A stretch of DNA of 64,000 bases from Planctomycetota bacterium (GTDB lineage: Bacteria > Planctomycetota > UBA1135 > UBA2386): NCBI GenBank assembly GCA_046290465.1, contig JBKAGP010000001.1, positions 3,104,001-3,168,000 of the forward strand. The letters run 5' to 3'. Numbering within the stretch: position 1 is the first letter of the stretch; every line of letters begins with the position of its first letter. Under the pieces are notes generated by a model. The model did not search any database. It was not told where the DNA came from and saw only the letters and a program-made list of their open reading frames with translations. Positions 1 through 10,331 of the stretch are shown here, piece after piece. Made by a program: the position numbers and the translations under genes.

Positions 1-900
1 AACCGCGTCACGGCGCTGCGCTGGGCCGGCCTGCTGCGAGAGCTCGGCCACCGACCGCGGCTCGCGACGACCTGGCGCGGGCAGCCGTGCGACGTGCTGG
101 TCACGGTGCACGCGGTCAAGTCCGCGCAGGCCGCGATCGACGCGCGGCGCGCTCGACCCGACCTCGCGATCGTCACGCTGCTGAGCGGCACCGACATCTA
201 CCCGAAGTTCGCGCCGGACGCTCGCACCGCCGAGGCGCTGCGCTGCGCCGACGCGCTGTTGGCGCTGCAGCCGCTGGCGCTCGACGTGCTGCCCACCGAC
301 CTGCGCGAGCGGGCGCGGCCGATGATCCAGTCGGCGACCGCCGTCGACGCCCCGCGCGATCCCGGCTTTTCGGCGTGCCTCTTGGCACACCTGCGGCCGG
401 TCAAGAACCCGCTGCTCGCGGTGCGCGCCGTCGCCGCCCTGCCGCAGCGACTGGCCTGCACGCTGGCGATCGCCGGCGAACGGCTCGATCCGGACTACGG
501 GGACGAGGTCGAGCGCGCCGCCGCCACCGACGAGCGGGTCCGCCTGGTCGGTGCGCTCGACCGCCGCGACAGCAAGCGGTTGCTGGCACGGAGCACCGTG
601 TGCCTGGTGCCGTCCCGAGCCGAGGGCGGCGCCAACGTGGTCAGCGAAGCGATCGCCGCCGGCACGCCGGTGCTGTGCAGCGCGATCCCCGGCAACCTCG
701 GCCTGCTCGGCGACGACTGGCCCGGCACGTTCACCGACGACGACGTCGACGCGTGCGCGGCCCTGCTCGAGCGGACCGCGACCGACCGCGCCTTCCTTGA
801 CGACTTGTGTGCGCGCACGCGCGCGCTGCAACCGATGGTGTGCCCCGCCGCCGAACGCGAGGCCTGGCGCGTCCTGCTGGCAGATCTCGGCGTCGGCTGA
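1..900 (+). CDS. senB: Selenoneine-biosynthesis selenosugar synthase SenB-like glycosyltransferase (TIGR04348-type, GT-B fold); 5' truncated by window edge
   Basis: Frame 1 is open from base 1: NRVTALRWAGLLRELGH...DVLVTVHAVKSA...LLSGTDIY...AHLRPVKNP...SRAEGGANVVSEA...IPGNLGLLGDDWPG. These match motifs I recall for TIGR04348/SenB. Confidence 0.8.
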   Translation, partial: NRVTALRWAGLLRELGHRPRLATTWRGQPCDVLVTVHAVKSAQAAIDARRARPDLAIVTLLSGTDIYPKFAPDARTAEALRCADALLALQPLALDVLPTDLRERARPMIQSATAVDAPRDPGFSACLLAHLRPVKNPLLAVRAVAALPQRLACTLAIAGERLDPDYGDEVERAAATDERVRLVGALDRRDSKRLLARSTVCLVPSRAEGGANVVSEAIAAGTPVLCSAIPGNLGLLGDDWPGTFTDDDVDACAALLERTATDRAFLDDLCARTRALQPMVCPAAEREAWRVLLADLGVG

Positions 901-961
901 GCCCCCGTCGGGTCACTACTCCTTCCCGGCACCGTTGCCGTTCCCAAAGGAGTTCCTGCCC

Positions 962-1225
962 ATGACCACCTCGGCGTCCAGTCCCCACGCCCGCGCCTCG
1001 CTGCGCCGCCTCTCCGCTCCCCACGCGCTCGACTTCGGCGCCCGCCTGCTGCAGCAGAGCGCCGGCGGCGTGCTGACCTTCCGCGAGTTCGTCACCATCG
1101 CGCGCGAGATGGTGCGCGAACAGCCCGAGCGCACCGCGACCTACCTGGCCGCGCTGGTCGCGCTCGACATGGGCTCGAACGACGACGACCCGCCGCTGCG
1201 TTCGCCCGAACCGTCACCGAACTGA
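962..1225 (+). CDS. Small hypothetical protein (87 aa)
   Basis: AAGGAG Shine-Dalgarno upstream of ATG at 962; typical codon usage. Confidence 0.55.
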   Translation: MTTSASSPHARASLRRLSAPHALDFGARLLQQSAGGVLTFREFVTIAREMVREQPERTATYLAALVALDMGSNDDDPPLRSPEPSPN

Positions 1226-1258
1226 CGAACGTAGCGCGCCGCCGATCGGTGCATCGCG

Positions 1259-1428
1259 CTAGTGGGCAAAGCCCCGTCCGCACGCGTACACGCCGCTTCC
1301 GCGATCACGGTCGGCAGCGCGTCCACTACATGGACGCGCTCCTAGCGGGCAAAGCCCCGTCCGCACGCGTACACGCCGCTTCCGCGATCACGGTCGGCAG
1401 CGCGTCCACTACATGGACGCGCTCCTAG
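1259..1428. repeat. Two tandem copies of an 83-bp CTAG-bounded palindromic element (REP/MITE-like, family A)
   Basis: CTAG at 1259, 1342 and 1425 (83-bp period). Each unit holds AGCGCGTCCA-CTACA-TGGACGCGCT and GGGC-AAA-GCCC hairpins. Confidence 0.95.
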
Positions 1429-2873
1429 ACGATCAGGTCGCGGATCGGGTCGACGTGCTCGACGCCGACCAGCTTCTGGTCGAGGCCCGCGTGGAAGAAC
1501 GCGAGCCGGTTCGGATCGAGCCCCATCTGGTGCAGGATCGTCGCGTGCAGCTGCTTGACGTGGAAGGGCTGGTCGACGGCCTCGTTGCCGAGTTCGTCGG
1601 TCGTGCCGACCGAAACGCCGCGCTTGATGCCGCCGCCGGCCAGCCACATCGTGAAGCCCGCCGCGTTGTGGTCGCGACCGGTGCCCTTGGCGTACTCCGC
1701 CGTCGGCTGGCGGCCGAACTCGCCGCCCCAGACCACGATCGTCTCGTCGAGCAGACCGCGCTGCTTGAGGTCGGCGAGCAAACCGGCGATCGGCTTGTCG
1801 GTCGCGCCGGCGTGCTTGTTGTGGTTGTGCTCGAGGTCGCCGTGCGCGTCCCAGTTGTGGTCGTTGTGGTTGCCGCCGCTGTAGACCTGCACGAACCGCA
1901 CGCCGCGCTCGACCATGCGGCGCGCGAGCAGGCACTTGCGACCGAAGTCCTCGGTCTCCGGGTTGTCCAGGCCGTAGAGCGTCTTGGTCGCCTCGGACTC
2001 GTTGGCGATGTCGATCGCTTCGGGAGCGTGGCTCTGCATCCGGTAGGCCAGCTCGTAGCTCTGGATGCGCGCGGCCAGCGTCGTGTCCTCGCTGCGCGTC
2101 GCCAGATGGGCCTCGTTCTGCTCGCGCAGCGCGTCGAGGATGCGCCGCTGCTCCTTCGCCTGCATGCCTTCCGGAACGTCGAGATCGAGGATCGGCTCGC
2201 CGGTCGGCCGCAGCACGGTGCCCTGGTAGACCGCCGGCATGTAGCCGGAGTGCCAGTTCTTGGCGCCCGAGATCGGACCGCCGGTCTTGTCGAGCATGAC
2301 CACGAACCCCGGCAGGTTCTGGTTCTCGGTGCCGAGGCCGTAGTTGACCCAGCTGCCCAGGCACGGCGCGCCCGACAGGATGCGGCCCGAGTTCATCATC
2401 AGCATCGCCGAGCCGTGCAGCGGCGAGTCCGCGTACATGCTGTGCACGAACGCGAGGTCGTCGACGTAGCGGCCGACGTGCGGGAACAGGTCACTGACCC
2501 ACTTGCCGCTCTCGCCGTACTGCTGGAACTTCCACTTCGGCCCGACCACCCGGCCCTGGCTCTTGCTGCCGCCGCGGCCCTTGGTCTTGACGTCGATCGT
2601 CTTGCCGTCGAGCGGGTAGAGCTCCGGCTTGTAGTCGAACGTGTCGACGTGGCTCGGCCCGCCATACATGAACAGGAAGATGCAGGCCTTGGCCTTCGGC
2701 GCGTGGTGCGGCGGCTTGGGCGCCAGCGGCCCCTTGGCCGCCTCGTCGTCGCCACCGGCGAAGAAGCGATCGCGCGACAGCAGGTCGACCAGCGGCAGGC
2801 TCGCGAAGCCGCCGCCGGCCTGCCAGAGGAACTCGCGGCGCGTGCGGCCGCAGAAGAGGTTGCGAGGGTTCAT
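1425..2873 (-). CDS. DUF1501 domain protein (Tat-exported, sulfatase-like)
   Basis: TRREFL Tat motif; IFLFMYGGPSHVDTFDYKP, CLLARRMVERGVRFVQV, WDAH, WGGEFGRQP, GRDHN. Confidence 0.93.
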   Translation of the reverse strand: MNPRNLFCGRTRREFLWQAGGGFASLPLVDLLSRDRFFAGGDDEAAKGPLAPKPPHHAPKAKACIFLFMYGGPSHVDTFDYKPELYPLDGKTIDVKTKGRGGSKSQGRVVGPKWKFQQYGESGKWVSDLFPHVGRYVDDLAFVHSMYADSPLHGSAMLMMNSGRILSGAPCLGSWVNYGLGTENQNLPGFVVMLDKTGGPISGAKNWHSGYMPAVYQGTVLRPTGEPILDLDVPEGMQAKEQRRILDALREQNEAHLATRSEDTTLAARIQSYELAYRMQSHAPEAIDIANESEATKTLYGLDNPETEDFGRKCLLARRMVERGVRFVQVYSGGNHNDHNWDAHGDLEHNHNKHAGATDKPIAGLLADLKQRGLLDETIVVWGGEFGRQPTAEYAKGTGRDHNAAGFTMWLAGGGIKRGVSVGTTDELGNEAVDQPFHVKQLHATILHQMGLDPNRLAFFHAGLDQKLVGVEHVDPIRDLIV

Positions 2874-2881
2874 GGCAGGGG

Positions 2882-5572
2882 TCAGTCGAGGAACAGGAAC
2901 TCGTTGCTGTTGAGCAAGACCAGGCAGCAGCGCTGCAGCGCCTGCGCCTCGGTGCGGCCGAAGTCGCGGCAGAGGTCGGACGCCAGCACCAGCAGGCGGC
3001 GCACGTCGGTGTCGCGCGCCGGACGCTGGCTGATCAGTTCGAGGCCGCGGCGCAGGCGACCCTCCAGGTCCTTCGCTTCGCGCGTCAGCCGCTGCGCGAA
3101 CAGCTCGGCCTGCAGGTTGGCAAAGTCGCCGTTGATCATCGACAGCGCCTGCGTCGGCTGCACCGTCGCGAACCGCACCGGGCAGCTGGTGTCGGTGTCG
3201 GCACGGTCGAACGAAGCCAGCAGCGGCTCCGGCAGCGAGCGCTTGACGTGCACGAACAGGCTGCGCCGCGCGGCCTGCTCGGGCGACGAACGCCCCCATG
3301 CCGCGTCCGGCCGCGACGCCGTCGCCAGCACCGCCTTGGGCAGCGGCGGGTAGATGCTCGGGCCGCCGCGCTCGAGGTTGAGCGTGCCGTTGACCGACAG
3401 GATCGAGTCGCGCACCTCCTCGGCCGTCAGGCGGCGCCGGTCGAAGCGCCAGAAGCCGTCGTTGAGCGGGTCGTCGGCGAGCCCCTTGGCGTTGGCCTGC
3501 GACGACATCCGGTAGGTCGACGACAGCACGATCAGCCGGTGCATCGCCTTCAGGCTCTGCCCCTGCTCGAGCACTTCACAGGCGAGCCAGTCGAGCAGCT
3601 GCGGGTGCGTCGGACGGTCGCCGAGCCGGCCGAAGTCGTTCGACGAACGCACGATCCCGCGGCCGAAGTGATGCTGCCAGATCCGGTTCGCGATCACGCG
3701 CCAGGTCAGGCGGTTGTCGGGGCGGGTGATCCAGCTGGCGAGCGCGAGGCGACGGCCGCTGGTCTCCTCGGTCGGTTCCGGAGCCAGCAACTCGGCGGCG
3801 CCGAGCATCGACGGCACGCCGAGCTCGACCTGCGGTCCCTTGACGTGCACGTTGCCGCGCATGCGCACGACCGGCTGCGGCGCTTCACGCCCCTGCTCGC
3901 GCACGGCGAGCACCTCCACCGTCGCGATCGCAGGCCGTTCCAGCTCGTTGAGGCGCTCGAGCAACTCCGGGTCCTGGAAGCCGTTCTTCGACGTGATCGC
4001 GACGTCGTGCTGCAGGCACAGCAGTTCGGCCTGGGACAGCGCGCGGCTGTGGATGCGGATCTCGTCGAGGTCGCCGCGGAAGCCGCGGCCGCCGGGGCGC
4101 ATGCGGCCGACGAAGATCGAGTCCGCCGACGTCAGCGATCGCTGCGAACCGACCGCCTCCCCGACCCGCCGGCCGTCGACGTAGAGGGCGATCCTGCCGG
4201 TCTCCTTGCTGCGCGTGAACGCGACGAAGTGCCACTCGCCGTCGTGGTGGCCCGGCTCGGAGCTGACGAACGTCTCGGGATTGCCGGTACCCGCAGCGAT
4301 CACGCCGTCGCCGATCCACGAGATGCCCCAGTCGTCGACGACGCCGGGCACCTCCATGTCGACCAGGCCCGTGCCGGTGTGCCAGCGGCCGTTGCGGTTG
4401 CTGCCGCGGCCGCGCTCCTTGGAACGCACCCAGAAGCTGACGGTGAACGAATCCTCGACGCAGCGCGGCAGCACCGCGTGGTCGTCGCCATCGAACCGCA
4501 GCGCCTGGCCGGCGCGGCCCGGGATCTGCACGATCTGCCCGACCGCCTCGCCCTTCGTGCCGTGCTCGCTCGCATCGAGCAGTTCGGTCGGGCTCGCGAC
4601 GTCGCCCGAGTAGTAGGCCACCAGCGAGGAATCCGCCGGCGGGGTCTGGGCCGCGTTCGTCGACCGCACCGAGTCGGCGCACTGCCGCAGCTCGCGGCGG
4701 ATGCGTCGGCGCTGCTGTTGCCAGCGATCCATCGCCGCCTCGTAGCGCGTCTTCGCGCCGTCCTGCGGCAGCGCGCGCGCCTTCTTGTCGTACGGCGCGA
4801 TGTTCTCGAAGTAGCCGAGGAACGCGTGGTACTCCTTCTGCGGCAGCGGGTCCTTCTTGTGGTCGTGGCAGCGCGCGCAGCCCATCGAGATCGCCAGCAT
4901 CGAGCGCGCGGTCGTGTCGGCGATGCCGTCGAGGTCGTCGTAGCGGTGCTGCTCGCGATCGGTCGGCTCGTCGTCCCAGATGCCGAGCCGGTAGTAGCCG
5001 GTCGCGACGTGGTCGGCGACCTTGGCGTCCGGCAGCTCGTCGCCCGCCAGCTGGCTGGTGACGAACTTGCCGTACGGCATGTCCTGGTTGAACGCGTCGA
5101 CGACCCAGTCGCGATAGCGCCACACGAACGGCTTCTTGGAGTCGCGTTCGTAGCCGTCGGTCTCGCCGTAGCGCACCACGTCGAGCCAGTGCTGCGCCCA
5201 CTTGACGCCGTACTGCGGCGAGCTGAGCAGCCGGTCGACGACCTGCTCGTAGGCGTCGTCCGACGTGTCCGCGACGAACGCGTCGATCTCGGCCTGCGTC
5301 GGCGGCAGACCCGTCAGGTCGTAGGTGATCCGGCGCAGCAGCGTGTGGCGATCGGCTTCCTTGGCGGGCCGCAGCCCGCGGCGTTCGAGGCCGGCCAGCA
5401 CGAACGCGTCGATCGGCGAGCGCGCCCACTGCGGGTCCTGGACCTCGGGCGTCGCCGGGCGTTCGAGCGGCCGGTAGGCCCACCAGCCATCGGCGGATCC
5501 GCTCGGGTCCTGCGCGCCGGCCGTGGCGACGAACAGCGCGGGAAGCGAGCCAACGAGGATGCGACGCAGCAT
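2882..5572 (-). CDS. DUF1549/DUF1553 (PSCyt2/PSD1) planctomycete protein with LamG-like insert
   Basis: SPIDAFV, LLRRITYDLTGLPPT, WLDVVRYGET, CARCHDHK, NRIWQHHFGRGIV, PTHPQLLDWLA; LamG-like WHFVAFTR...LYVDG...GDLDEIRI. Confidence 0.93.
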   Translation of the reverse strand: MLRRILVGSLPALFVATAGAQDPSGSADGWWAYRPLERPATPEVQDPQWARSPIDAFVLAGLERRGLRPAKEADRHTLLRRITYDLTGLPPTQAEIDAFVADTSDDAYEQVVDRLLSSPQYGVKWAQHWLDVVRYGETDGYERDSKKPFVWRYRDWVVDAFNQDMPYGKFVTSQLAGDELPDAKVADHVATGYYRLGIWDDEPTDREQHRYDDLDGIADTTARSMLAISMGCARCHDHKKDPLPQKEYHAFLGYFENIAPYDKKARALPQDGAKTRYEAAMDRWQQQRRRIRRELRQCADSVRSTNAAQTPPADSSLVAYYSGDVASPTELLDASEHGTKGEAVGQIVQIPGRAGQALRFDGDDHAVLPRCVEDSFTVSFWVRSKERGRGSNRNGRWHTGTGLVDMEVPGVVDDWGISWIGDGVIAAGTGNPETFVSSEPGHHDGEWHFVAFTRSKETGRIALYVDGRRVGEAVGSQRSLTSADSIFVGRMRPGGRGFRGDLDEIRIHSRALSQAELLCLQHDVAITSKNGFQDPELLERLNELERPAIATVEVLAVREQGREAPQPVVRMRGNVHVKGPQVELGVPSMLGAAELLAPEPTEETSGRRLALASWITRPDNRLTWRVIANRIWQHHFGRGIVRSSNDFGRLGDRPTHPQLLDWLACEVLEQGQSLKAMHRLIVLSSTYRMSSQANAKGLADDPLNDGFWRFDRRRLTAEEVRDSILSVNGTLNLERGGPSIYPPLPKAVLATASRPDAAWGRSSPEQAARRSLFVHVKRSLPEPLLASFDRADTDTSCPVRFATVQPTQALSMINGDFANLQAELFAQRLTREAKDLEGRLRRGLELISQRPARDTDVRRLLVLASDLCRDFGRTEAQALQRCCLVLLNSNEFLFLD

Positions 5573-5666
5573 GGGACGCAGAGGGTAAGGAACGACACCG
5601 GACCGTGACAAGGCGCCTGCTTCGCGCGATCTCGCTGGCCGTATGCTGCTCGCGAGGAGGCCTGCC

Positions 5667-8090
5667 ATGAACCGCGCCCTGCCCGTCGCCGTCGTCCTGC
5701 TGCTCGCCGTGTTCGCCGCCGGCGGCTGGTGGTTGCTGCAACCGCCCGCCGATCTGCCGGCCCCCACTCCCGACTCCGGCCCGGCCCCCGCCGCTGCGAA
5801 CGCGCAACGCGAACACGACCGGGCCGCGAGCGTCGCGCCGGACGAGGCGCCCACCATCGAACGGGTGCGCGCGCAGGCCGAAGATGCGCACGACAACGCC
5901 GGCAACGGCCTGCTGCGCGTCGTTGCGACGTGGGACGGCGAACCGGCGCCCGGCGTGCTGGTGTCGCTGCGCTCGTCCGCGCCCGAGCACGCCTACCGGG
6001 TGCGGGAACAGAAGTTGACCAACGACGAGGGGCAGATGACGTTCGCCGACGTCGCGCCGGGCAAGTGGAGCCTGCGCTCCGACCGCGGCGATCGCCATCG
6101 CCTCGACGTCGTGCCCGGGCCGCAGGACGTCGCATTCGAACTCGATGCGGGCGTCGCGGTGCACGGCGTCGTCGCCGATCCCGAGGACCGGCCGGTGGCC
6201 GGCTCGTCGGTCTGGTTACAAACGCGCGACACCGGTTGGGCGGGCGGACGCGTGCTCACGGCGACCGACGCCGACGGCCGCTTCCGGCTCACCCACGTGC
6301 CGCCGCACCTGTCGCTCGGCGCGTTGGCCAACGGCTTCGCGCCGTCGCCGCTGGTCGACCTCGACACGGTCGACACCTCGGCTCCGCCGGCACAGGTCAC
6401 GCTGCGCCTCGCCGACCGCGGCGGCCGCATCGTCGGTGTCGTCGTCGACCAACGGGACCGCCCCGTCGCTGGCGCGCGCGTCGGCGCCGGCCGCAACGGC
6501 AGGCACCTCGACATGCGCGGCATGCGGGTCATCGAGCGCTGGTCGATCCGTTCGACGCAGACCGACCAACAGGGCCGGTTCACGCTGACCAGCATGCCGC
6601 TCGGGGAGACCCCGATCGCGTGCGCCGCCAAGGGTCACGGCATCTGGCGTTCCCGGTGCGAGGTCGTGGCAGCGAACCCGACCGAGCTGCGCATCGAACT
6701 GCAGCGCGCCGGCACGATCCACGGCACCGTCACCGACGGCGACGGCTCCCCGCTCGCCGGCGCGCTGGTGCGCGCCTACGAGAGCGAGCCCGGGCTCAGC
6801 TTCCTCGCCGGTGGCCAGATCGACTGGGACGAGATGTTCGGCTACTCCGCCGCGGTCACCGACGCCGACGGCCGCTACGAGATCGAGGAGGTCACCGCCG
6901 GCACCGCGCACGTGTTCGCACAACCCGGCGGCCGCAGCTTCTTCGACGGGCCGGTCCCGCACGCCCGCACCGAGCTCGAGGTGCCGCCTGCGGGCCGGGT
7001 CGAGTGGAGCCCCGCGGTCACCGAGGGGCGCGTCGTCGAAGGCGTCGTCTACTACCGCGACGGGCACCCGATGAAGAACGTGTTTGTCACGCTGACCGAC
7101 GAGCGCAGCGGCAAACAGCACACCCAGACCAACAACGACGAAGGCGTGTTCCGGTTCGTCAACCTAGACGACTCGAGCTACACGGCGCGCGTGCAGATGT
7201 GGGACGCGCCGAAGGACGCACCGCCGCTGCAGGCGTCGGGCCTGCGTCCAGATCGCGGCCGCGCCGAGCTGCGCGCGACGCACGACAAGCCGGTCAAGAA
7301 GGCGCCGGGCACGGTGATCGGCCGCATCGACGACCCGGGTCTGCGCATCCGCAATCCCAAGGCCGTCACGGTGACGCTGTCGTCGGCAGAGCGCTGGTTC
7401 CGCGACGGCGGCAAGATCGTCGACGGCGCGTTCCGGTTCGAGCGCGTCACGCCGTGCCGGTTCCGCCTGACGCTGATGGAGAACGAGGCCGTGCTGGCCC
7501 ACAGCGACTGGTTCGAACTCGAAGCCGGCGCGCAGCTCGACACCGGCGTGCTGCGCACGGTGCCCGGCGGCAGCGTGCGGATCTCGGCGCAGCGCGACGC
7601 GGGCGCGAACGACATCGCGCCGACGCTGTACCTGCGCCACGACGAGGCGCCGCGCAGCACCTCGGTCGCGCTCGAAGGAGACGAGGCGCTGGTCGACAAC
7701 CTCACCCCCGGCCACTACCAGGTCACCGGCTACGGCAAGGGCCTGGTCGCGATCAAGGGCGAGGTCACGGTCGAGGCCGGGCGGGTCGCGACGCTGCCGC
7801 TGCGGCTGCAGGGCGGCACGCTGACCCGGTTCTCGATCTGGGTGCCGACCGGCGAAGCGGTCGAGGACTACGTCTACCGGATCGTTACCGCCGACGGCGC
7901 CGTGTTCCGCGAGGTCCGCAGCGGCTTCGGATCGGCGCCGACGCGGCCGTTCCCGGTCGCGGTGACGATCCCGCCAGGTCGCTACACGATGGAGTTCCGG
8001 GCGCAGGAGGTGCTGGTCGGCACCGCCACGTTCACGGTCGGCCCGGAGCCGACCGAAGACCGGATCCGCATCGACCTGAAGCGCGACTGA
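5667..8090 (+). CDS. Membrane-anchored carboxypeptidase-regulatory-like repeat protein
   Basis: GAGGAGG SD; N-terminal TM; repeated G.V.D..G.PVAGA.V...TDADGRF units. Confidence 0.85.
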   Translation: MNRALPVAVVLLLAVFAAGGWWLLQPPADLPAPTPDSGPAPAAANAQREHDRAASVAPDEAPTIERVRAQAEDAHDNAGNGLLRVVATWDGEPAPGVLVSLRSSAPEHAYRVREQKLTNDEGQMTFADVAPGKWSLRSDRGDRHRLDVVPGPQDVAFELDAGVAVHGVVADPEDRPVAGSSVWLQTRDTGWAGGRVLTATDADGRFRLTHVPPHLSLGALANGFAPSPLVDLDTVDTSAPPAQVTLRLADRGGRIVGVVVDQRDRPVAGARVGAGRNGRHLDMRGMRVIERWSIRSTQTDQQGRFTLTSMPLGETPIACAAKGHGIWRSRCEVVAANPTELRIELQRAGTIHGTVTDGDGSPLAGALVRAYESEPGLSFLAGGQIDWDEMFGYSAAVTDADGRYEIEEVTAGTAHVFAQPGGRSFFDGPVPHARTELEVPPAGRVEWSPAVTEGRVVEGVVYYRDGHPMKNVFVTLTDERSGKQHTQTNNDEGVFRFVNLDDSSYTARVQMWDAPKDAPPLQASGLRPDRGRAELRATHDKPVKKAPGTVIGRIDDPGLRIRNPKAVTVTLSSAERWFRDGGKIVDGAFRFERVTPCRFRLTLMENEAVLAHSDWFELEAGAQLDTGVLRTVPGGSVRISAQRDAGANDIAPTLYLRHDEAPRSTSVALEGDEALVDNLTPGHYQVTGYGKGLVAIKGEVTVEAGRVATLPLRLQGGTLTRFSIWVPTGEAVEDYVYRIVTADGAVFREVRSGFGSAPTRPFPVAVTIPPGRYTMEFRAQEVLVGTATFTVGPEPTEDRIRIDLKRD

Positions 8091-8102
8091 CGCTGCCGCG
8101 GC

Positions 8103-10331
8103 TCACCGCGGCTCGTCCGCCGCGGCTGCGTCGCCCTCGCCGGACTCGGCGTCCTCGACGAGGCGCTTGAGCGCGACCATGCGCGGGTTGCGCGCATCGG
8201 CGCCGGCCGCCCAGGCGCGCTTCAGGCTCTCGCGCGCGTGCTCGAACTTGCCGACCGCGACTTCGGCGTAGGCCAGGTTGGCGTGCAGCTCCGGCGGCGC
8301 CCCGACGCCGGCCGAACCGGCGAGCAGTTCGCGCGCCTTCTCCGGTTCGTCGAGCGCCAGCCACGACGCACCGAGGTTGGCCGCCGTCAGCATCGTGTTG
8401 CCGAGTTCGTGCGCCCGCGTGAAGTAGCGGTGCGCGGCGAACGCGGCGCCGGCGTTCATCTCCAGCGTGCCGCGCGCGGTCAGGGCGACCACGTCCTCGC
8501 CGTTGCGCGCGATCGCCGCGTCGAGCAGCCGCCGCGCCCGCTGGCGGTGGCCGCGACGCTCGTAGAGCACACCGGCCGAGACCATCGCGTCGGTCCTGGT
8601 CGGGTGCAGTTCGAGCGCGCGCTCGAGGTCGCCGAGCGCGATCGCCACGTTGCCCTTGTCGAGCTCGGCCTGGGCCCGACGGATCAGGTGGTCGGCGAGC
8701 CCCTTGCGCGTCACGGTCATGCCCGCCTCGGCCGGCAACTCCTGCGGCGCACGGTCCGGCACGCGCACGTTCGGCGTGTCGGCAGCCTGCGCGTCGCCCT
8801 GCAACGAGCCGCCGCTCCAGTCCTCGGGGCGCGAGTGGTCGAGATGGATCGGGTTCCACTGGAAGCCGCGACGCAGCGTGACGAGGCGGTGCGCGCCCCG
8901 TTCGACCTCTTCGTCGATCCAGGTGTCGTCGAGCACGCGCGGCACCAGCACGATCATCAGCTCGACCTCGGTGCGCTCCTGGACCGTGCTCGAGAACAGC
9001 TGGCCCGCCCACGGAATGTCCATCAGGAACGGCAGGCCGGCGCGCGTCTCGGTCTTGCGCGTGCTGCGCAGGCCGCCGAGCGCGATCGCCTGGCCGTCGG
9101 CGACGCGCACCGTGGTGGTCGCGTCCCGTTCGCTGACGATCGGCACGGTGACCAGGCCGTCCGGCGTCACCGCCGTGCCGATCTGTTCGCGCACCGACGG
9201 CGTCACCGACACCGACAGCAGGCCGTCCTCTCCGATCAGCGGCAGCACCTGCAGCTGCACGCCGGTCTCGACGAACTCGACCGAGAACTGCGTCTGCGCG
9301 ACGCCGGTCGTGGTGAACACCTCGCGCACGATGTACGGCACCTGGTTGGTGACCGAGATCGACGCGGGCTGGTTGTTGAGCGTCGAGACGCGCGGACTCG
9401 ACAGCACGCGCACCTGCCCCTGCTGCTCGAGCGCGTCGACGAACACCGAGAAGTCGTTGTTGTCGAGGATGCCGAACGTGAACGCGGTGCCGCCCGACGC
9501 GGCGGTCTGCGCGACCACGGCGCCGCCCGGCGCCAGGCCGGTCTTGTTGCTGTCGAACACGTTCGGCAGCAGGCCCCAGTTGACGCCGAGGCTGTACTCG
9601 TCGTCGAGGCGCACCTCGAGCACGCGGGCCTCGAGCGACACCTGTCGGTTGGCGCGGTCGAGCGTGGTGTCGACCATCTCGCGCAGGCGGCGCACGCGGC
9701 TCGGCGAGCCCTCGACGTGCAGCGCCGACGCCGCGCGGTTGATCACCGCGGTCGCCTCTTCGCCGAGCACGGTCGGCAGGCTCTCTTCGAGGTCGTCCCA
9801 GAAGCTGCTCTGGTTGCCACCCTGCGCTCCGCCCTGCTGCGCGCCGCCCTGTGCGCCGCCCTGGCCGCCCTGCTGGTTCTGCTGCGCGGTCGCGTCGATC
9901 AGGTCGATCTTGATCGTCTCGCGGACCGTGTCCTTGATGCGCAGGAAGCTGCCGTCCCACTCGTAGGCCAGATCGAGGCTCTCGAGCAGCGCCTCGAACG
10001 CCTCCTCGACCGTCGAGCGCTTGATGTCGAACGTGCAGTCGACCGCCTGCACGTCGGGCTCGATCACCAGGTTGATGTCCGAATCCTTGAACAGCGCCAG
10101 CAGCACGTCGCCGACCGGCGTCTCGCGAGCCTGCAGCGCATCCATCGGCCGACCGACGGAGCCGTTGGTGGTCTCGAGTTCGGGCAGCGGCACGACCAGC
10201 ATCGGCTGGAACACCGGCGCCGAGGCGCCGTCCCGGTGGTCGAGGCGCGCCGGCGAGGCGCCGCCCGAGGTGTGACAGGCGGACGCGGCGACCACCGCGG
10301 CGACCGCCAGACAAGAACGCAACTTCGCCAT
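8103..10331 (-). CDS. Secretin (MshL/PilQ/GspD family) lipoprotein with C-terminal TPR region
   Basis: Lipobox AASAC; QVSLEARVLEV, VLSSPRVSTLNNQPA, ETGVQLQVLP, GLPFLMDIPWAGQLF, ELMIVLVPRV; TPR-like helices follow. Confidence 0.9.
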   Translation of the reverse strand: MAKLRSCLAVAAVVAASACHTSGGASPARLDHRDGASAPVFQPMLVVPLPELETTNGSVGRPMDALQARETPVGDVLLALFKDSDINLVIEPDVQAVDCTFDIKRSTVEEAFEALLESLDLAYEWDGSFLRIKDTVRETIKIDLIDATAQQNQQGGQGGAQGGAQQGGAQGGNQSSFWDDLEESLPTVLGEEATAVINRAASALHVEGSPSRVRRLREMVDTTLDRANRQVSLEARVLEVRLDDEYSLGVNWGLLPNVFDSNKTGLAPGGAVVAQTAASGGTAFTFGILDNNDFSVFVDALEQQGQVRVLSSPRVSTLNNQPASISVTNQVPYIVREVFTTTGVAQTQFSVEFVETGVQLQVLPLIGEDGLLSVSVTPSVREQIGTAVTPDGLVTVPIVSERDATTTVRVADGQAIALGGLRSTRKTETRAGLPFLMDIPWAGQLFSSTVQERTEVELMIVLVPRVLDDTWIDEEVERGAHRLVTLRRGFQWNPIHLDHSRPEDWSGGSLQGDAQAADTPNVRVPDRAPQELPAEAGMTVTRKGLADHLIRRAQAELDKGNVAIALGDLERALELHPTRTDAMVSAGVLYERRGHRQRARRLLDAAIARNGEDVVALTARGTLEMNAGAAFAAHRYFTRAHELGNTMLTAANLGASWLALDEPEKARELLAGSAGVGAPPELHANLAYAEVAVGKFEHARESLKRAWAAGADARNPRMVALKRLVEDAESGEGDAAAADEPR

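Noticed and set aside
1259..1428. Tandem repeat as a CRISPR array
   Set aside because: Units are identical end to end with no unique spacers; no cas genes.
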